Notes: generated by a model not told the origin, from the letters alone. A DNA stretch of 64,000 nt from an uncultured Trueperaceae bacterium (GCA_963815215.1 CAWFFU010000010.1:1-64000), one strand, 5' to 3'. Counted from the stretch's first letter, positions 49,605 to 59,296 are shown. Made by a program: numbers and translations.

Positions 49605-49649
49605 TTCACGCGCGAGGGGTCGTAGGTTCAAATCCTATACCGCCCACCA
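49605..49649 (+). repeat. att copy 7: tRNA-Val 3' half
   Basis: TTCACGCGCGAGGGGTCGTAGGTTCAAATCCTATACCGCCCACCA, 1 mismatch; type-B left and right flanks. Confidence 0.95.
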
Positions 49650-49765
49650 TCGAAAAAGGCGTGCAGCACCTGTCCTCGCTCGAGGAGTTGCTGGGCATGA
49701 CGACGGTCCCGAAGGCACCGTCCGATACCACGGCGTCGTCCCCTCTCCCTCCGCCCCGCTACCAG

Positions 49766-49803
49766 ACCTTGAGGGCCCGCAGTCCACTGCGAGCCCTCAA
49801 GGT
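49766..49803. terminator. Long inverted repeat (terminator or operator)
   Basis: ACCTTGAGGGCCCGCAGT-CC-ACTGCGAGCCCTCAAGGT, 17 of 18 positions paired. Confidence 0.5.
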
Positions 49804-49902
49804 TGAAGCTGTGCTGTCTAGCGCGGCATGACGGTCAGGTTCTGACTCCTCTATCCCGTGTAGCCGCTCGTGATCACGGCTGGCACGAGGTCTCTCGGTC
49901 CC

Positions 49903-52041
49903 CTACTGGAGTTGCACGTTGAGCCCCACGCCGGAGACGTCGCCGCCGCTGCCAACGGTAACGGTGGTCGTGCCGTAGAACTCGCCGACGTCCCCGAGCA
50001 CGCCGTTGTGGTTGGCGTCGTTGCCGGCCTCCACCGTGTACGTGCCGGCCGGGACATTGGCGAGCGTGAAGTTCCCGCCGGCGTCGGCGCGTGCCTGCTC
50101 GACAAGGGTGGTCCCCTGAAGGAGCTTCACGATGAAGTCGCTGGCGTTGGCGGTCGCGCTGTTGCGGGCGTCGTTGATAGCGTTGGTGGGCAGGATCAGT
50201 CCGTAGCCGAGGTACTGGTTGGTGCTGCTGCCGCCGTAGGCGGTCTGTTCGAGCATCAGCTTCACCTGTGTAGGCGTCAGCTTGGGGTTCTCTGCCAGCA
50301 TCAGGGCCGCTAGGCCGGCCACGTGCGGGGCGGCCATGGAGGTCCCGACGTCAGACGCATACGTTGGCGTGTTTGTGTTCGCGTCCCAGTAGGTGCTGAC
50401 GATGCCCTCCGCAAGCCACCCACCCTCGCCAGTCATGCCGCTGGGCAGCGGGACGGGGCTGCCGTTGTTGAACAGGAAGCCGCCCGGAGCAACCACCGTG
50501 ACGCCTTGGCTGTCGCTGGTCGGTGCGCCGTTGTCGGAGAAGCAGCTGATCGCGAAGGTGCCAGCGCCCTCGTCGTAGTCGACGGACCCGACCGCGATGG
50601 TGGTCGGGTATGCCGCCGGGTAGGCGACCCAGCTGAGCGCGATGGCCGAGTTGTAGGGCGGATAACCAGACGTGCCGCAGTCGGCGCTGTCGTTGCCGGC
50701 GGCGGCCACCACGACCGTGCCGTTACCGGTGGCTTGCGCGATGGCGTCGTCCTCGAGCGGTGCCGGCGCGCTGCCACCCAAGCTGAGATTGATGACGCGT
50801 GCCTGCGTTGGCGGCGTAATGAGCACGTTGTTGCTGTTGTTCACGGGAAGCCCGGCGGCGTACAGGATACCCCGAGCAACGTCGGCAGTCGTGCAGCCGC
50901 TAGCGGCGCTGCACACGCGCACCGGGAGGATGCTGACGTGCCAGTTCATGCCGGCGATACCAGCGCCGTTGCCGGCCACCGCGCCGATGGTGCCGGCCAC
51001 GTGCGTTCCGTGGTACACGCCGTCACTGGCAGGCGTAGTGGCGCCTACCTGGTTGAGCACGAAGTCGTACCCGGCATACGGCACGTTCGCCTGCAGATCT
51101 GGATGCGAGCGCATCACCCCGCCGTCCACGACCCCCACGACCACGTCACTGCTGCCGGCGTCGGTGCTCCAGACATTGGACATGCCCAGCAGGCGCATGT
51201 CCCACTGGTCGGAGAACAGGGGATCCGTCGGCGTGGCTTGCGGGCTGATCCCGGCGGTCTTCACCGGCACGCTGCTCGCGTTCAGGTGGACCACGTAGTT
51301 GGGTTGGACGGCAGCCACGCGGCCGTCGCCACGGAGAGCGGTCACCGCCTGCGCCACGCCCTGCCCGTTGGTGCTGAGCACCGCCCAGGGAGAACCGGGT
51401 GCGATGAAGCTCTGCACGCTCAGCCCGTGCGCCTGCGCGATGGTCGCCGCCGCGCTCTGTACCGCCTGCGCGGTCACGGCCTGAGGCGTGATGCGCCCGC
51501 CCAGGGCTTGCGGCGCCATCCCCTGCACGGCCAGGTAGCCGGTGGACACCTTGGCCAGAACCTGCCCCGGCGCGTACGCCGCGCCCGGCGCCACAGCCGG
51601 CGCGGCGCTCACGCTCTGCGGGAGGATCTGCCCGGCCGGTCCGGTGATGTTGCCCGACACCTGCGCGAAGCGCATGTAGACCGTCACCGCCTTCAGCGGG
51701 TCAGCCCCCTTGAGCAGCACGCTGGCGGCGTAGTCGCCAGGGGTCAGGCCGGTGCGGTCCACGGTCAGCGTCAGGGTGGCGTTGCCGCTTCCGCTGGTGG
51801 GGCTGAGCGACAGCCAGCTCTGATCGGTCTGAGCCGTCCAGCTACCGTTGGCGGTGATGCTCACGGTGGTGCTCGAGGTGCCATCGAAGCTCACGTAGTT
51901 CGGCACGGCTGTGATGGTGATGGCGCCACCACCGCCTCCACCGGTGGTGCCCCCACCAGGTGTTCCGGAGCTGCAGCCGGCCAGAAACAGCAGTAGTGGG
52001 ACGCCGAGCGCAAGAAGTCGCAAGAACGAACGCATGCTCAT
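49903..52041 (-). CDS. S8 subtilisin-like protease lipoprotein with BACON-like domain
   Basis: Lipobox LAGC, WLSLSPTSGSG, VVDGG, HGTHVAG, AAGN, GTSMAAPHVAG. Confidence 0.92.
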   Translation of the reverse strand: MSMRSFLRLLALGVPLLLFLAGCSSGTPGGGTTGGGGGGAITITAVPNYVSFDGTSSTTVSITANGSWTAQTDQSWLSLSPTSGSGNATLTLTVDRTGLTPGDYAASVLLKGADPLKAVTVYMRFAQVSGNITGPAGQILPQSVSAAPAVAPGAAYAPGQVLAKVSTGYLAVQGMAPQALGGRITPQAVTAQAVQSAAATIAQAHGLSVQSFIAPGSPWAVLSTNGQGVAQAVTALRGDGRVAAVQPNYVVHLNASSVPVKTAGISPQATPTDPLFSDQWDMRLLGMSNVWSTDAGSSDVVVGVVDGGVMRSHPDLQANVPYAGYDFVLNQVGATTPASDGVYHGTHVAGTIGAVAGNGAGIAGMNWHVSILPVRVCSAASGCTTADVARGILYAAGLPVNNSNNVLITPPTQARVINLSLGGSAPAPLEDDAIAQATGNGTVVVAAAGNDSADCGTSGYPPYNSAIALSWVAYPAAYPTTIAVGSVDYDEGAGTFAISCFSDNGAPTSDSQGVTVVAPGGFLFNNGSPVPLPSGMTGEGGWLAEGIVSTYWDANTNTPTYASDVGTSMAAPHVAGLAALMLAENPKLTPTQVKLMLEQTAYGGSSTNQYLGYGLILPTNAINDARNSATANASDFIVKLLQGTTLVEQARADAGGNFTLANVPAGTYTVEAGNDANHNGVLGDVGEFYGTTTVTVGSGGDVSGVGLNVQLQ

Positions 52042-53062
52042 CTCCCCTCTGGCTGGGGTGACCCAGGCTGTCCACACGACCCCGCGTCCTCGCGTTCACG
52101 CGAGGACGCGGCGCAAGCATTAGCTACTGCTGGCGAGCTCGGATCCCCCAACGACACGTGACATGCGCGACCACTCTATCCGTGCAGGCCTGCCTCCGGA
52201 TGTGAACCGGTGCTGTCTGGGCTCCATCCGTGAGTCTGGGGGCTCACGTTGCCAAGCAGCCTCCGTCGTCCTGTTCTCGAAGTTGCCCTGTTCGTCGCGT
52301 GCTCGCGGCCGTTGACTCAGACGTCGGCGGTGGCTTGAGGTGAATGGCCTGCAGCCTCTGCGCCGCCCTGTCGCTGGCGGTGGACCGTGCGGAGGCCCGT
52401 GGGCAGAGCGTTCACCGCGCGCGCAGGCATCGGTTGAACCTGTCCGCCATGATTCTGGCGCGTCGCTTCGGTGACGACCAACCGCGTGACCATGTCCCGC
52501 TGCCCGAGCCTCGCGATGGCATCGCCGGCTACCGCTTCCGCGATGGCCGGGCACACCCCGTGCCGACCGATGGCTCCACCAACTTGTGGCGCCGGGCGCA
52601 TTGGGCGGCCATACGGGCGTAGGCCGAACTCGGCTCGGCCTACGCCGGGTCGCTGCTGACTCGGTTCACGAGCCTGGCTGTCGAAGCGCCGGCCATGGGC
52701 AAGCGCAAGCCGGTGGCGTGGCGTGGGCCGTGGTGAAGCGCGAGAGCTACGACGAGGTCCTCAGGGATGCGGCGGCGTGCTCGTGTCGGACCTCATCAGC
52801 GTTCCGCAGCCGACGAACCGGTCTTGCCCGTGCTCGCATCTGGCATACGACAGTCAGTCTTCCACCGTCGTCGACAACGCAGCTCCAGCCACGCTGTGGC
52901 ATAGTGCTTGCAGAGCCCCGCTGATCCCGCCCGACCGGGCATCGCCCCTCCCTACATCTTGCGACCATGCAGGACGATGCCTGCCGGGTACACGAAGCGG
53001 TGCCATCACTGCGCCACGCGCACGGCCCTGTCGTGCGCCTTGCTGAGATGAAGGGGACCTCG

Positions 53063-54562
53063 ATGAAGACGCTGAAGCACCTGACGCTGACCCTCATGGG
53101 CGTGGGAGCCCTGCTGCCGTTCGCCCTGGGCCAGAGCGCAGGCGGGCGTAGCGTGGCAGGTGCCTGGGAAGGCAACCTCGTCGTGGGTCAGGCATCGCTC
53201 CGGATCTGGCTCGAGGTCACGAAGGACCCGAGTGGCACTCTCACTGCCACCCTCATCAGCATCGACCAGGGCGCCACACCGATCCCCTGCACCGACGTCG
53301 CCCTGCAAGGCGACACGTTCAGCTTCAAGGTGCCGGCCGTCAACGGCAGCTACAGCGGCAGCCTCAGCACCAGCGACGACAGCATCGAAGGTACCTGGAC
53401 GCAGGGCCGGTCCCTACCCCTCACGCTCCAACGACAACCCGAAGGCGCCCAACCACCGGTATCCGCCAAGCCGAATCCCGCACAGCCGCCCGTGCCCCTC
53501 GACCAGCTCGAGGCCGTTCTCGATCGGGAGTTCCGATCCATCACCGGCAAGCCCGTTCTGAACGCCTCGGCCGGCATCGGCATCGTCATCGGCGTCTACC
53601 AAGAAGGCCAGCGGCGCATCTTCGCCTATGGCGCCGCCGACCCCGACTCCATCTTCGAGATCGGCTCCGTCACCAAGACCTTCACCGGGCTGCTCCTCGC
53701 GCAACTGACTGCGCAGCACGACGTCACGCTGAACGAGCCCATCGGTACACTGCTACCGCCCGGCGCCGTCACGAGGCCTGCCGGCCCCGAGATCACCCTG
53801 CTCGACCTCGCCACCCAGCACTCCGGCCTCCCCCGCCTTCCCGCGAACCTCCAGGCGAACGCCAACCCCGCCGACCCATACGCCGGCTACGGCCCCAAGG
53901 AGCTCTACGCATACCTCCAAGACCATGGCGTGGCGCTCCTAAAGACACCGACGTACCTCTACAGCAACCTCGGCTACGGCCTACTCGGCTTCGTGCTCGC
54001 CCGCCACGCAGGGAAGCCCTACGCCCAACTCGTCGAGGACCAGATCACCACGCCCCTCCACATGACCAGCACAGCCGTCGACCTCCCAGCGAACGAGAAG
54101 CCACGCCTCATCCAGGGGCACGATGCCGCCAACGCCCCCGTACCCTCCTGGACGTTCGACGCACTCGCAGGCGCCGGGGCCCTACGATCGAGCGCCGGTG
54201 ACCTCCTCACCTACCTCGCCGCCCAACTGCACCCCACATCCATCTCAACCGGCGCCGAACAAGGACCGGCGGCGACGCTCAGCAGGGCCATCTCCATGAC
54301 CCACGAGCTCCGCGCCGACGGTCCGGCAGGCATGAAGGTCGGCATGGGCTGGCTCTACGAGGAGGCCAACGGCACTTACTGGCACGACGGCGGCACCGGC
54401 GGATACACATCCATGGTGGCGTTCCAACCCGCCAACGACCGAGCCGTGGTCGTGCTCTACAACCGCGAGGACATCGGCACCAGTGCCGTCCCCTTCACGC
54501 AACGCGCAGCCGCCAACGTCCTCGCCCTCCTCTCCGGAACACCAGCCCCTCCGCTGCAGTAG
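53063..54562 (+). CDS. Secreted serine hydrolase (class C beta-lactamase/PBP family)
   Basis: FEIGSVTK, LATQHSGLP, YSN, WHDGGTGG; signal peptide; RBS AAGGGG. Confidence 0.9.
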   Translation: MKTLKHLTLTLMGVGALLPFALGQSAGGRSVAGAWEGNLVVGQASLRIWLEVTKDPSGTLTATLISIDQGATPIPCTDVALQGDTFSFKVPAVNGSYSGSLSTSDDSIEGTWTQGRSLPLTLQRQPEGAQPPVSAKPNPAQPPVPLDQLEAVLDREFRSITGKPVLNASAGIGIVIGVYQEGQRRIFAYGAADPDSIFEIGSVTKTFTGLLLAQLTAQHDVTLNEPIGTLLPPGAVTRPAGPEITLLDLATQHSGLPRLPANLQANANPADPYAGYGPKELYAYLQDHGVALLKTPTYLYSNLGYGLLGFVLARHAGKPYAQLVEDQITTPLHMTSTAVDLPANEKPRLIQGHDAANAPVPSWTFDALAGAGALRSSAGDLLTYLAAQLHPTSISTGAEQGPAATLSRAISMTHELRADGPAGMKVGMGWLYEEANGTYWHDGGTGGYTSMVAFQPANDRAVVVLYNREDIGTSAVPFTQRAAANVLALLSGTPAPPLQ

Positions 54563-54592
54563 AGACCACCCCACCTGGGCGCGGAAGGGTAC

Positions 54593-54620
54593 GCGCTGCA
54601 ACACTGCATGATGGACTCTC
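54593..54620 (+). mobile_element. IS30-family left-end remnant
   Basis: CGCTGCAACACTGCATGATGGACTCTC, 26/27 match to 14782-14808. Confidence 0.6.
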
Positions 54621-54714
54621 ACCGAGTCCAGGTGGTGCCAGGCGCCCACCCTCCACTGGGGTGCGCTCGGACCGACACCGTCGATCCGGTCGAGTCTCGG
54701 GTTCGTGGTGGGCC

Positions 54715-55140
54715 GGGCATGGCGTCCCACTGCTGCTGGTAGCTCGGCTCGTGCTCGGCGATGAGCTCGGCCAGCAGCGCCTCGTGCGCAGGTACGTCCT
54801 CGGAGGGCAGCGTGCGCGCGCTGCCGGTGGCGTGGACGGTGACGTAGTTCCAGGTCGGCACGCTCTCGGTCGCGTCGTAGTGGCGCGGCGAGATGTAGGC
54901 GTGCGGCCCATCGAAGACGACCAGCGCGCTAGCGCCGTCGAGGACCTTGGCCTGCGGATTGGCACGTGCCAGGTGGCCGCGCACGATGAGGCCGCCCTCT
55001 CCATCGCAGACAGTGACCGGGACGGGTGTCGCGAACGGCTCGTCGTCGACCACCGAGACCAACAGTGCGAAGGGTTGCTCGCGCATGAACGTCCGCAGGA
55101 CGTCCGGATCCTCGATGCGGTTGTCTGCGGGAAGGTACAT
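54715..55140 (-). pseudogene. paiB: FMN-binding PaiB-family protein, C-terminally truncated
   Basis: MYLP...GHLARANPQ...FDGPHAYISP..Y...VPTWNY..VH; similarity stops at QWDAMP. Confidence 0.75.
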
Positions 55141-55410
55141 GTGGCCACCTCCGGCGATGCTCCGGTCAGTCTACGGTCCGCCTTGCCACTCCGCCGCCCG
55201 GCTGGCATCGCGCAACCGAACCTTCTCACGTCCCCAATGCGTTTAATGCGAGCCAGAAGCGGCCGGGGAAGGTCGCGCGAGGATCTCCTGGACCCAGGGC
55301 CCAGGGTCGACCGTGCCGTCGGCGAGGTCCGGAACGTGCGTCGGAACGCCGGCCTGTGCGGTAGCCGAGTCGCGGCACGACCTCGCCGTCGTGGCAAGAG
55401 AGGAAGAGGC

Positions 55411-58083
55411 ATGAACAGATTCATTCAACTGGCCGTCGCCTTGGCGCTGGCTCTGAGCGCGGGAAGTCTGGCCGGCGCAGCGTCGGCCCCATCGTCCGAC
55501 GTCCTGCGCGCCACCCTGCCCAACGGGCTGCGCGTGGTCATCGTGCGCGACACGCTGGCGCCGGTGGTGACCACCGAGATGAACTACCTGGTCGGCTCCG
55601 ACGAGGCGCCCGCAGGCTTCCCGGGAACCGCGCACGCGGTCGAGCACATGATGTTCCGCGGCAGTCCGGGTCTGAGCAAGGACCAGCTCTCGGCACTGGC
55701 GGCGAACATGGGGGGCAACTTCAACGCCGACACCACGGAGGCCGTGACCCAGTACTTCTTCACCGTGCCGGCGCAGGATCTCGATGTCGCGTTGCGCATC
55801 CACGCCATCCGCATGCGCGGCGTGGACATGGCTCCGAAGGAGTGGGCCACCGAGCGGGGCGCGATCGAGCAGGAGGTCTCGCGCGACCTGTCGAACCCGG
55901 GCTACAAGTTCTTCACCGAGCTGCGCGCGCGCATGTTCCAGGGCACGCCGTACCAGCACACGCCGCTGGGCACGCGGCCGTCGTTCGACAAGACCACGGC
56001 GGCGGCGCTCAAGACGTTCCACGACACCTGGTACGCGCCGAACAACGCCATCCTGGTGATCGCCGGCGACGTCGACCCACACGCGGCGTTGAAGGACGTG
56101 AAGACGCTGTTCGGTTCGATTCCCAGCAAGACGATCCCGCAGCGCCCGGCCTTCCACCTCCAGCCGGTGCAGGCGCACACTGTCAAGCTGCCGACCGACT
56201 TCCCGTACGGCTTCGTGCTGCTGTCCTACCGCATGCCGGCGTTGCGTGGGTCGGACTACGCGGCGGGTCTGGTGCTCTCGCAGGCGATGGCCTCCAAACG
56301 CGCTCCGCTCTACGCCATGGGTCTGAACGGCAAGGCGCTGTACGGCGGCTTCTCCAGCAGCTTCCTGCCGCATGCCGGCTTCGCCTTCGCCGAGGGCGTG
56401 TTCCCGCGCGGGGGCAACGCAGGCGGCGTGCTCCAGGCCATGCAGGACATCATGCAGCAGGCCCGCAGCCAGGGCGTGCCCGCCGACCTGGTCGAGGCCG
56501 CCAAGGCGCGGGCCATCGCCGACCTGGAGTACAAGAAGAACTCGGTCAGCGGCCTGGCCAACGCCTGGTCGCAGGCGCTGGCGTTCGAGGGCGCGAGCTC
56601 GCCCGATGACGTGAAGGCGGCGATCGAAGCCGTCACGCCGGCCCAGGTCGATGCGCTGGCCGCCCGGCTGTTCGACCCGGCCCACGCCATCACCGCCGTT
56701 CTGACGCCCCAGTCGTCGGGCCAGCCGACCACCAGCAAGGGCTTCGGTGGGGCGGAGAGCTTCGGCGGCCAGCCCAGCGGTCCGGTGACGCTCCCGACGT
56801 GGGCCGCGAGTGCCTTCGCTGATCTCCAGGTGCCGAAGTCGGCCATCCAGCCGACCGATTTCACGCTCCCGAACGGACTGCGTGTGATCGTGCAACCGGA
56901 GAGCGTCAGCAAGACGGTCGAGGTGTTCGGCCGGGTCAAGACCAACCAGGACATGCAGGCGCCCAAGGGCCAGGAGGGCGTCGCCGCCGTGCTGGGCGAC
57001 ATGTTCGACTTCGGGACCACCACCATGAACCGCCTGCAGTTCCAGACCGCCGTCGACGCGATCCAGGCGCATGAGAGCGCCGGCTCCAGCTTCTCGTTGG
57101 CCGTGCCCTCGGCGAACTTCGCCGACGGCATGAAGCTGCTGGCCGACAACGAGCTACATCCGGCGATGCCGCAGCGGGCGTTCGCCACCATGCAGCGCCG
57201 CGAAGCGGCGTCGACGGCGGGTCAGCTGCAGACGCCTGACTTCCTCGACGCCATCCATCTGGACCGGGCCCTGCTGCCGGCCAACGACCCGGGCCTGCGC
57301 TACGCCACCAAGCAGTCGATCGATAGCCTGACGCTGGCCGACGTGAAGGACTACTACGCCAAGACCTTCCTGCCCGATATGACCACCATCGTGGTGATCG
57401 GCGACGTCACGCCGACCCAGGCGCGAACGGTGGTCGAGGCCACCTTCGGCGGCTGGACGGCCACCGGTCCGAAGCCCGTTGCGGACTACCCAGCCGTGCC
57501 GCTCAACACGACCGCGAGCCAGTTCAACACTCCGGACAAGACCTCGGTGCAGGACCAGGTGACCATGGCGGAGCAGATCGCGATGGACAGCCACAGCCCC
57601 GATCGCTTCGCCCTGTACGCCGGCAACACGGTGCTCAGCGGCGGGTTCTACGCGGCGCGCCTGCCTCGCGACCTGCGCGAGAAGCGCGGTCTGGTGTACA
57701 GCGTGGGGAGTCAGGTCAGCCTCGACACGAACCGTGGTCGCTTCCAGGTGTCGTACGGCTCCGACCCGGGCAACGTGGCCAAGGCGCACGATCTGATCCT
57801 GCGCGACCTGAAGCAGATGCAGGACGCCCCGGTCTCGGCCAGCGAGCTCCACCAGGTCAAGGGCATGCTGCTGCGTCAGTTCCCGCTCGGGGAGGCGAGC
57901 TTCGGCAGCATCGCCGGCTTCCTCCTGCAGCTGTCGCTGGAGGGCAAGCCGCTGGACAGCGCCACCATCGCCTCCCAGCACTACCTGGCGTTGACCGCCG
58001 CCGACATCCAGGCGGCGTTCAAGAAGTACATCCGGCCGGACGCCTTCGTCACGGCGGTGAAGGGGCCGGCGCCGAAGCCGTGA
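55411..58083 (+). CDS. M16 (pitrilysin-family) zinc peptidase, secreted
   Basis: TLPNGLRV twice, HAVEH (HxxEH), WYAPNNA, LREKRGLVY; start reassigned to ATG 55411. Confidence 0.92.
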   Translation: MNRFIQLAVALALALSAGSLAGAASAPSSDVLRATLPNGLRVVIVRDTLAPVVTTEMNYLVGSDEAPAGFPGTAHAVEHMMFRGSPGLSKDQLSALAANMGGNFNADTTEAVTQYFFTVPAQDLDVALRIHAIRMRGVDMAPKEWATERGAIEQEVSRDLSNPGYKFFTELRARMFQGTPYQHTPLGTRPSFDKTTAAALKTFHDTWYAPNNAILVIAGDVDPHAALKDVKTLFGSIPSKTIPQRPAFHLQPVQAHTVKLPTDFPYGFVLLSYRMPALRGSDYAAGLVLSQAMASKRAPLYAMGLNGKALYGGFSSSFLPHAGFAFAEGVFPRGGNAGGVLQAMQDIMQQARSQGVPADLVEAAKARAIADLEYKKNSVSGLANAWSQALAFEGASSPDDVKAAIEAVTPAQVDALAARLFDPAHAITAVLTPQSSGQPTTSKGFGGAESFGGQPSGPVTLPTWAASAFADLQVPKSAIQPTDFTLPNGLRVIVQPESVSKTVEVFGRVKTNQDMQAPKGQEGVAAVLGDMFDFGTTTMNRLQFQTAVDAIQAHESAGSSFSLAVPSANFADGMKLLADNELHPAMPQRAFATMQRREAASTAGQLQTPDFLDAIHLDRALLPANDPGLRYATKQSIDSLTLADVKDYYAKTFLPDMTTIVVIGDVTPTQARTVVEATFGGWTATGPKPVADYPAVPLNTTASQFNTPDKTSVQDQVTMAEQIAMDSHSPDRFALYAGNTVLSGGFYAARLPRDLREKRGLVYSVGSQVSLDTNRGRFQVSYGSDPGNVAKAHDLILRDLKQMQDAPVSASELHQVKGMLLRQFPLGEASFGSIAGFLLQLSLEGKPLDSATIASQHYLALTAADIQAAFKKYIRPDAFVTAVKGPAPKP

Positions 58084-58092
58084 GAGATCCCC

Positions 58093-58122
58093 GGCCGGCC
58101 GCGACCGACGTCGCGGCCGGCC
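58093..58122. terminator. GC hairpin between convergent genes
   Basis: GGCCGGCCGCGAC-CGAC-GTCGCGGCCGGCC. Confidence 0.6.
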
Positions 58123-58147
58123 AGGGCGAGGCGGGACGCGGCTGGAC

Positions 58148-58579
58148 CTACTTCTTCTTGTCGGCCCGTTGAGCGCGCGCTTCGGAGTTGGCCGCTACCG
58201 CGTCGCGGATGAGTTGCTTGAAGGCGGCTTCGTCGATCGTCTCCCCTTCGCGAAGGTCGATCGCGCGCCGCGTGTTCCCTCCCAGGCTGGAATTGAAGAG
58301 CTTCTTCGGGTCCTCGATGGAGGCCCCGCGGAAGAAGGTGAGCTTCACGACCTGCTTGTACGACTCTCCCGTGCAGATGCCTCCGTCATGGGACCAGACG
58401 GGGGTCCCGGGCTTCGACGGCTTCACCCACTTCCACTCCTCCTGGATGTCGGGGTCGGCCTCGCGGATGAGCTGACGGAGACGGGCGAGGGTCTCTCCTC
58501 GCCAATCCCCCAGCTCTTCGATCCGGTCGGTGATGTTCGCTGACGCGGCCTCGTCATCCGTACGACGTGTCGGATCCAT
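58148..58579 (-). CDS. DUF1801-domain protein
   Basis: DWRGETLARLRQLIREADP..EEWKW...TPVWSHDG.ICTGE.YK...FNSSL.GNTRRAID. Confidence 0.9.
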   Translation of the reverse strand: MDPTRRTDDEAASANITDRIEELGDWRGETLARLRQLIREADPDIQEEWKWVKPSKPGTPVWSHDGGICTGESYKQVVKLTFFRGASIEDPKKLFNSSLGGNTRRAIDLREGETIDEAAFKQLIRDAVAANSEARAQRADKKK

Positions 58580-58927
58580 GGTCTCTCCGATCCTGGGCTT
58601 CGCTCACCGGCCCCATGCCGGCAGCGGGGCATCGCCCGGGGGACGTCGTCCGGCTCTCATCCAGAGGCCGTTCACGTAGGGGGCGTCTGCCGTAAGTATG
58701 GCAGAGCCCTGAGCCTTGAGGGGGCCTTGCGCGCAATTCCGGAGCGCCGCTCGGCACTCGCCCGAGATCCGAGCCCGGCTGGACCCCCGGCGTTCATCAA
58801 CGCCTGCGGCCCGGACGGGGACCGCGGCATCGTGGAGGTACTGGACGCGGACTGAGGCTGTGGCGCCGTCGTCGGTGAACAGGGCTCGGATGGGTCGCAT
58901 CCTTGGCGCCGACCGCCGCTCGTGCTG

Positions 58928-59269
58928 CTAGTCGCGCTGCATCAGGGGCGACGGCGCGGTCTCGCTCCAGCTCTCCAGCCAGTGGATGATCGCGTCGAGG
59001 ACACCCGACAGGGCGCGACCCTTGTCCGTGAGGTGGTACTCGACGCGGACCGGCATGTCGGGGAGGACCTCGCGCCTGGTGAGGCCCTCGGCCTCGAGCT
59101 CGCGGAGTCTCTCGGCCAGCATGCGGTCGCTCAGGCCGGGGATCGCGGCCTTGAGGTCGCTGAAACGGTGCACGCCTCCGAGCAGGGCACGGATGATCAC
59201 GCCAGTCCAGCGCCCGCCGATGAGCTCGATGGCGCGTTGGTACTGCTCGCAGAAGACCACTTCCGGCAT
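58928..59269 (-). CDS. HxlR-family regulator
   Basis: C..YQRAIELIGGRW...RFSDL..IPGLSDRMLAERLRELE...PVRVEY.LT.KG. Confidence 0.9.
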   Translation of the reverse strand: MPEVVFCEQYQRAIELIGGRWTGVIIRALLGGVHRFSDLKAAIPGLSDRMLAERLRELEAEGLTRREVLPDMPVRVEYHLTDKGRALSGVLDAIIHWLESWSETAPSPLMQRD

Positions 59270-59296
59270 GGCACATTATTACATAGAGTAAGTAGC

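Noticed and set aside
5108..49649. The six tRNA-like copies as extra tRNA genes or split tRNAs
   Set aside because: All lack the acceptor 5' strand, D-arm and 5' anticodon stem, start at the anticodon loop, and several have loop mutations; this fits att sites
994..49649. CRISPR array or classical integron
   Set aside because: Repeats are kilobases apart with genes between them; no cas genes, intI or attC-type palindromes were seen
52344..52622. Possible gene remnant between the S8 protease and the serine hydrolase
   Set aside because: No confident family motif
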